31,342 nt of DNA from Peduovirus P22H4, in the sequence record NC_049385.1; one strand, given 5' to 3'. The translations under genes and the position numbers were made by a program. Shown one piece after another: positions 26,514 to 31,342 of the stretch (positions are counted from its first letter, which is position 1; every line of letters begins with the position of its first letter). Under the pieces are notes generated by a model. That model was not told where the DNA came from and did not search any database. It saw nothing but the letters and a program-made list of their open reading frames with translations.

Positions 26514-28788
26514 AGCCTCCGGGCGTTTTGTCCCTCCGTCAGCATTTGCCGCAGGCACCGGTAAGGCGTTTACCGGTGCTTATGCATGGAACGCGCCACG
26601 CGAGGCCGTCGGGCGCGAAAGACCCCTTACACGTGACGAGATGCGTCAGGTGCAAGGTGTTTTATCCACGATTAACCGCCTGCCTTACTTTTTGCGCTCG
26701 CTGTTTACTTCACGCTATGACTACATCCGGCGCAATAAAAGCCCGGTGCACGGGTTTTATTTTCTCACATCCACTTTTCAGCGTCGTTTATGGCCGCGCA
26801 TTGAGCGTGTGAATCAGCGCCATGAAATGAACACCGACGCGTCGTTGCTGTTTCTGGCAGAGCGTGACCATTATGCGCGTCTGCCGGGGATGAATGACAA
26901 GGAGCTGAAAAAGTTTGCCGCCCGTATCTCATCGCAGCTTTTCATGATGTATGAGGAACTCTGCGATGCCTGGGTGGATGCGCATGGCGAGAAAGAATCG
27001 CTGTTTACGGATGAGGCACAGGCTCACCTGTATGGTCATGTTGCTGGCGCTGCACGAGCTTTCAATATTTCCCCTCTCTACTGGAAAAAATACCGTAAAG
27101 GGCAGATGACCACGAGGCAGGCATATTCTGCCATTGCCCGTCTGTTTAACGATGAGTGGTGGATTAGTCAGCTTAAAGGCCAGCGTATGCGCTGGCATGA
27201 GGCGTTACTGATTGCTGTCGGGGAGGTCAATAAAGACCGTTCTCCTTATGCCAGTAAACATGCCATTCGTGATGTGCGTGCACGCCGCCAGGCAAATCTG
27301 GAATTTCTTAAATCGTGTGATCTCGAAAACAGGGAAACCGGCGAGCGCATCGACCTTATCAGTAAGGTGATGGGCAGTATTTCTAATCCTGAAATTCGCC
27401 GGATGGAGCTGATGAACACCATTGCCGGTATTGAGCGTTACGCCGCAGCAGAGGGTGATGTGGGGATGTTTATCACGCTGACCGCGCCGTCAAAGTATCA
27501 CCCGACACGTCAGGTTGGAAAAGGCGAAAGTAAAACCGTCCAGCTAAATCACGGCTGGAACGATGAGGCATTTAATCCAAAGGATGCGCAGCGTTATCTC
27601 TGCCGTATCTGGAGCCTGATGCGCACGGCATTCAAGGATAATGATTTACAGGTCTACGGTTTGCGTGTCGTCGAGCCACACCACGACGGAACGCCGCACT
27701 GGCATATGATGCTTTTTTGTAATCCGCGCCAGCGTAACCAGATTATCGAAATCATGCGTCGCTATGCGCTCAAAGAGGATGGCGACGAAAGAGGAGCCGC
27801 GCGAAACCGTTTTCAGGCAAAACACCTTAATCGGGGCGGTGCTGCGGGGTATATCGCGAAATACATCTCAAAAAACATCGACGGCTATGCACTGGATGGT
27901 CAGCTCGATAATGATACCGGTAGGCCGCTGAAAGACACAGCTGCTGCTGTTACCGCATGGGCGTCAACGTGGCGCATTCCGCAATTTAAAACGGTTGGTC
28001 TGCCGACAATGGGGGCTTACCGTGAACTACGCAAATTGCCTCGCGGCGTCAGCATTGCTGATGAGTTTGACGAGCGCGTCGAGGCTGCACGCGCCGCCGC
28101 AGACAGTGGTGATTTTGCGTTGTATATCAGCGCGCAGGGTGGGGCAAATGTTCCGCGCGATTGTCAGACTGTCAGAGTCGCCCGTAGCCCGTCGGATGAC
28201 GTTAACGAGTACGAGGAAGAGGTCGAGAGAGTGGTCGGCATTTACGCGCCGCATCTCGGCGCGCGTCATATTCATATCACCAGAACGACGGACTGGCGCA
28301 TTGTGCCGAAAGTGCCGGTCGTTGAGCCTTTGACGTTAAAAAGCGGCATCGCCGCGCCTCGGAGTCCTGTCAATAACTGTGGAAAGCTCACCGGTGGTGA
28401 TACTTCGTCACCGGCTCCCACGCCTTCTGAACACGCCGCAGCAGTGCTTAATCTGGTTGATGATGGTGTTATCGAATGGAATGACCCGGAGGTCGTGAGG
28501 GCGCTCAGGGGTGCATTAAAACACGACCTGAGAACGCCAAACCGTCAACAAAGAAACGGAAGCCCGTTAAAACCACATGAAATTGCACCATCGGCCAGAC
28601 TGACCCGGTCGGAAAGAATGCAAATTACCCGTATCCGCGTTGACCTTGCTCAGAACGGTATCAGGCCGCAGCGATGGGAGCTTGAGGCGCAGGCGCGTGG
28701 CGCGACCGTAAATTATGACGGGAAAAAATTCACGTATCCGGTCGCTGATGAGTGGCCGGGATTCTCAACAGTAATGGAGTGGAAATGA
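26503..28788 (+). CDS. A: Rolling-circle replication initiator (P2 gpA, HUH endonuclease)
   Basis: ATG at 26503 gives 761 aa, the P2 A length; HUH motif HWH at codons 399-401 (nt 27697-27705); tyrosine pair YIAKY with Y at codons 450 and 454 (nt 27850-27864). Confidence 0.9.
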   Translation: MAVKASGRFVPPSAFAAGTGKAFTGAYAWNAPREAVGRERPLTRDEMRQVQGVLSTINRLPYFLRSLFTSRYDYIRRNKSPVHGFYFLTSTFQRRLWPRIERVNQRHEMNTDASLLFLAERDHYARLPGMNDKELKKFAARISSQLFMMYEELCDAWVDAHGEKESLFTDEAQAHLYGHVAGAARAFNISPLYWKKYRKGQMTTRQAYSAIARLFNDEWWISQLKGQRMRWHEALLIAVGEVNKDRSPYASKHAIRDVRARRQANLEFLKSCDLENRETGERIDLISKVMGSISNPEIRRMELMNTIAGIERYAAAEGDVGMFITLTAPSKYHPTRQVGKGESKTVQLNHGWNDEAFNPKDAQRYLCRIWSLMRTAFKDNDLQVYGLRVVEPHHDGTPHWHMMLFCNPRQRNQIIEIMRRYALKEDGDERGAARNRFQAKHLNRGGAAGYIAKYISKNIDGYALDGQLDNDTGRPLKDTAAAVTAWASTWRIPQFKTVGLPTMGAYRELRKLPRGVSIADEFDERVEAARAAADSGDFALYISAQGGANVPRDCQTVRVARSPSDDVNEYEEEVERVVGIYAPHLGARHIHITRTTDWRIVPKVPVVEPLTLKSGIAAPRSPVNNCGKLTGGDTSSPAPTPSEHAAAVLNLVDDGVIEWNDPEVVRALRGALKHDLRTPNRQQRNGSPLKPHEIAPSARLTRSERMQITRIRVDLAQNGIRPQRWELEAQARGATVNYDGKKFTYPVADEWPGFSTVMEWK

Positions 28789-29240
28789 TGGCAAAAATTC
28801 ACGAGGTAAAGCTGCACGCAAAATATTTTGACCTTGTGCTGGAAGGAAAGAAACGCGCAGAGTTTCGGAAAAATGACCGTAATTATGAGCGCGGGGACAC
28901 GTTGATTTTGCATGAATGGGGGCAGGGTGTGTTTACGGGGCGAAAGGTTGAAGCCCGGATAACAGATGTTACTGACCTGTCAGACTGGCTGGAAGACTAT
29001 GTCTTGCTAAGTATTGAGCTGCTTAATACAGGCGCATATGAGATTGTGAACTGGAAAGAACTTAGTGAGCGTGGCCTGGTATTCAGAATTAATCATGAAA
29101 TTATGCATCAGCTCGGCCTTGCTGTTATGTATGAACCAGAGACGGGGATGTCTGGCGGGGCAATGGTCGCCACGGATGGAGCATGGAACTATTCAGATGA
29201 ACAGATGGAGCGTGCACAGCAAAACGGGTGGCTTGGATAA
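28785..29240 (+). CDS. Hypothetical protein (P2 orf91-like) with an ASCH/DUF3850-like N-terminal domain
   Basis: ATG at 28785 overlapping the A stop, 151 aa; N-terminus IHEVKLHAKYFDLVLEGKKRAEFRKNDRNYERGDTLILHEW resembles the DUF3850/ASCH pattern as I recall it. Confidence 0.6.
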   Translation: MMAKIHEVKLHAKYFDLVLEGKKRAEFRKNDRNYERGDTLILHEWGQGVFTGRKVEARITDVTDLSDWLEDYVLLSIELLNTGAYEIVNWKELSERGLVFRINHEIMHQLGLAVMYEPETGMSGGAMVATDGAWNYSDEQMERAQQNGWLG

Positions 29241-29446
29241 TGCACAGAATACCAGGCGAGATACCGCACCATAAAACTAAAAATATCAAGCTGATGGCTA
29301 TTGTTCAGCGTTTACAGCGGATTATGGTCAACGAAAATCTGACGCCCGATGAGCTGGTCGGGTGTGCCGAAATAGTACGGGATAATTACGGGCGGCTTAA
29401 CTATATCGGTCAGTCCAGAGTTGCGCCACCACCACGCAGACGATAG
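29240..29446 (+). CDS. Small hypothetical protein
   Basis: ATG at 29240 overlapping the preceding stop; 68 aa, basic C-terminus; backbone-like GC. Confidence 0.45.
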   Translation: MHRIPGEIPHHKTKNIKLMAIVQRLQRIMVNENLTPDELVGCAEIVRDNYGRLNYIGQSRVAPPPRRR

Positions 29447-29669
29447 AGAACACCGCCAGTCGTGAAACTTGTTTTCAGGGCTGGCGGGGTTGAACAACGA
29501 GCGAAGCGAGACGTTAGTTGACAGACATATTTTTACTACGTTGGTGCTGGTTTTTGACGGTTGAAAGGAGTTAGGTTGGAGAGCTAACAACTTACAAATA
29601 TTCAAAAGTAAGCATCCTGTTGCTAACATGAGGTTGATTTTTTATGTGGATGATGCAAAAAGGATAGCT

Positions 29670-30401
29670 ATGGATACTATAATCGCTTTTCTATCACTCG
29701 CTTTTTTCGTTGCTTTCTTCATCGGGTTAATCAAGCCATCACTGGTGCGAATGCCAAACCGCAAACGTGCAAGTGCGGTTTATCTCGGAGGAGGTTTTGT
29801 ATTGAGCATAATTGGTTCAATACTCTATCCAACAGAAAAAAGCCAGCCAGTTGCTAAAACTGAAACATCAACCGTTGCAGAACACAAAGTCCAAAAAACA
29901 TTCGAATATGGTGAAAAAACACTCAAGGAATATCGGAACGAGTCAAAGAAAACACGACACGATATTGTGAATAGTTACATTGATTTTAAGGAAGTTCCAG
30001 CCACCGCGTCAGATGCGTTTTATGCCTGCATGAGTGAGTATACATTTACCAAAGATGATGAGTTGAAACTCGGTGATGTTCTTGGGTGGTGCTTTAATGA
30101 TTATGAAAATGACCCGAGTTCACTAAACAATAAAATCAATCTTGATACATTTCAGAGTAATTTTAGTGGTTGGGATGGTTCTTATCGTCCATTGGAAAAA
30201 CTAATTAAAGATAATATGAACGATGATTCATCTTATAAACATGTGTCAACGGTATATCATCTGGTTTTGAATAAAGACCCGCATGCCATTGTGAAAACCA
30301 CGTTTCGCGGAACTAATGCTTATGGCGGAGTGGTGAAACAGACGATTGCTGCGCGTGTCAATGTAGAAACAGGTGAGGTTGTATCAATTATAAGTGAGTG
30401 A
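29670..30401 (+). CDS. Hypothetical membrane protein (two predicted N-terminal TM helices); cargo gene 1 at the P2 tin/old hotspot
   Basis: ATG at 29670 preceded by AAAAAGGA; 243 aa; TM segments IIAFLSLAFFVAFFIGLI and AVYLGGGFVLSIIGSILY, then a soluble domain; AT-rich; no Walker A motif. Confidence 0.65.
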   Translation: MDTIIAFLSLAFFVAFFIGLIKPSLVRMPNRKRASAVYLGGGFVLSIIGSILYPTEKSQPVAKTETSTVAEHKVQKTFEYGEKTLKEYRNESKKTRHDIVNSYIDFKEVPATASDAFYACMSEYTFTKDDELKLGDVLGWCFNDYENDPSSLNNKINLDTFQSNFSGWDGSYRPLEKLIKDNMNDDSSYKHVSTVYHLVLNKDPHAIVKTTFRGTNAYGGVVKQTIAARVNVETGEVVSIISE

Positions 30402-30499
30402 ACTGTGCCAGAATGATAAAGATGCCAGCATTTATGCTGGCAATCATAAAAATAGTGACTAGCAAAAATTGGTGTCTGGTTTTAATGTGAGATTAGAAA

Positions 30500-31198
30500 A
30501 TGAATAGATGTAAATATATTTTAAGAGGTTTGTTGCTGAAGTTTAAAAGTATAAGTTCTATGCATTTGTTATTTGTTTTAATAACGGCTTGTCTATTCTT
30601 TTTTATAGGGTGTTACGTGGGTTATAGTGGTATTGGTTTGAATGGTGACACTAAATACCAATTAATTACAATACCTTTTTTGACCATGTTGGGTACTTGG
30701 GTTTCTGGGGTGGGAGCATTTTCTGCTGTTGCGACATCATTGTTGTTGGCACACCGTTCGCTAAAGGAAAATTCAGAAGAAATTGCTATTCGATATAGCA
30801 TGGTGTTAATGCCATCAATGTACTTACCTAGCACTACAGATACAGCAATATCAATAACCATAACAAACAAAAGAAAAGTAAGGAGTAATATTCAATCGGT
30901 TGTTTTGCAATTTTCTAATAATAAAGCAATGAATATATTGGTAAACCCCGGGACGCTTATCTCTGGCAAGTTACCGCATGTTTTAGAAGACTATGGTGAT
31001 ATATTGACGCTTATAATTCCAGAGAGCATTATCGCATCAGTAACTGATGAGGGGTTCGTAAAAGAATGTCAGGGGAATACTCTTGGAGAAGGTAGTGTCG
31101 TAGTTCACACAACGACAAAAACATTTGTAAAAAAATTAACATTACCTCAAATTAAGCCATTTAATGATAAATTTAAGTCTGTATTGACGAAACCGTAA
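30500..31198 (+). CDS. Hypothetical membrane protein (two predicted TM helices); cargo gene 2 at the P2 tin/old hotspot
   Basis: 232-aa ORF; TM segments LLFVLITACLFFFIGCYVGY and LITIPFLTMLGTWVSGVGAFSAVATSLLL, then a Ser/Thr/Val-rich domain; about 25% GC on the line counted; start uncertain (ATG 30500 has a weak RBS, alternative ATG at 30560). Confidence 0.6.
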   Translation: MNRCKYILRGLLLKFKSISSMHLLFVLITACLFFFIGCYVGYSGIGLNGDTKYQLITIPFLTMLGTWVSGVGAFSAVATSLLLAHRSLKENSEEIAIRYSMVLMPSMYLPSTTDTAISITITNKRKVRSNIQSVVLQFSNNKAMNILVNPGTLISGKLPHVLEDYGDILTLIIPESIIASVTDEGFVKECQGNTLGEGSVVVHTTTKTFVKKLTLPQIKPFNDKFKSVLTKP

Positions 31199-31323
31199 GA
31201 GGTGCGTTGCGTTGCATTTTTTTGCATCTTCAAGGATTAATTTCTGCATCTTTATTTTGCCAGTACTGATGTGCTTTTAATGGACTCATGCAACTGCATT
31301 AAAACCGCCCCATGAAGCGGGCG

Positions 31324-31332
31324 GGCGAGGCG
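31324..31332. other. cos: cos site, proximal 9 nt (GGCGAGGCG) of the P2 19-nt cohesive end
   Basis: Last phage bases before the terminal adapter; completes the cos 19-mer with bases 31-40. Confidence 0.75.
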
Positions 31333-31342
31333 CTGTCTCTTA
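31333..31342. other. Sequencing adapter remnant (start of CTGTCTCTTATACACATCT, the reverse-complement Tn5 mosaic end)
   Basis: Terminal CTGTCTCTTA matches the first 10 nt of the Nextera read-through adapter. Confidence 0.75.

Larger units (their letters stand above)
31..31332. mobile_element. Complete P2-like temperate phage genome, linearised inside cos, phage-form gene order
   Basis: Full P2 synteny from Q/P through ogr-attP-int-C-cox-B-A; the cos 19-mer is reconstituted by joining 31324-31332 to 31-40; ogr and int are adjacent across an intact attP. Confidence 0.9.

Noticed and set aside
29670-31198. Cargo genes as an OLD-family nuclease or a known ATP-dependent defence protein
   Set aside because: Neither ORF has a Walker A (GxxxxGK[ST]) motif or TOPRIM-like acidic cluster, and both are too short for the ~586-aa P2 Old; they are left as unassigned membrane proteins.

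Overview
The window is essentially one complete, cos-to-cos genome of a P2-like (Peduovirus-type) temperate phage of Enterobacteriaceae, in phage-form rather than integrated gene order. Order: cos / Q-P (leftward) / O-N-M-L-X head genes / Y-K-lysA-lysB-lysC lysis cassette / R-S-V-W-J-I-H-G tail and baseplate / AT-rich cargo gene / FI-FII-E-E'-T-U-D tail / ogr / attP / int / C / cox-orf78-B-orf80-83-A-orf91 early operon / two-gene AT-rich cargo / cos. Gene calls rest on the supplied ORF track plus my recollection of P2 protein lengths, sequences and synteny; no database search was run. About 29 kb is conserved P2 backbone at roughly 50-65% GC on the lines I counted. The two places that stand out are the classical P2 accessory (anti-phage) hotspots, and both hold low-GC cargo I cannot assign to any family: a 251-aa membrane-anchored protein between G and FI (the Z/fun position), and a pair of membrane proteins after A/orf91 (the tin/old position) with no OLD-type ATPase motif. 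Other notable points: the 19-nt P2 cos sequence is split across the two window ends, which are capped by Nextera/Tn5 adapter remnants; tail-fibre gene H carries a 132-bp tandem repeat and a lower-GC distal half; E/E' has a TTTTTTG -1 frameshift site; attP has a P2-type core with paired arm repeats; and gene A has HUH and Y450/Y454 rolling-circle motifs. No rRNA, tRNA or CRISPR array was seen.
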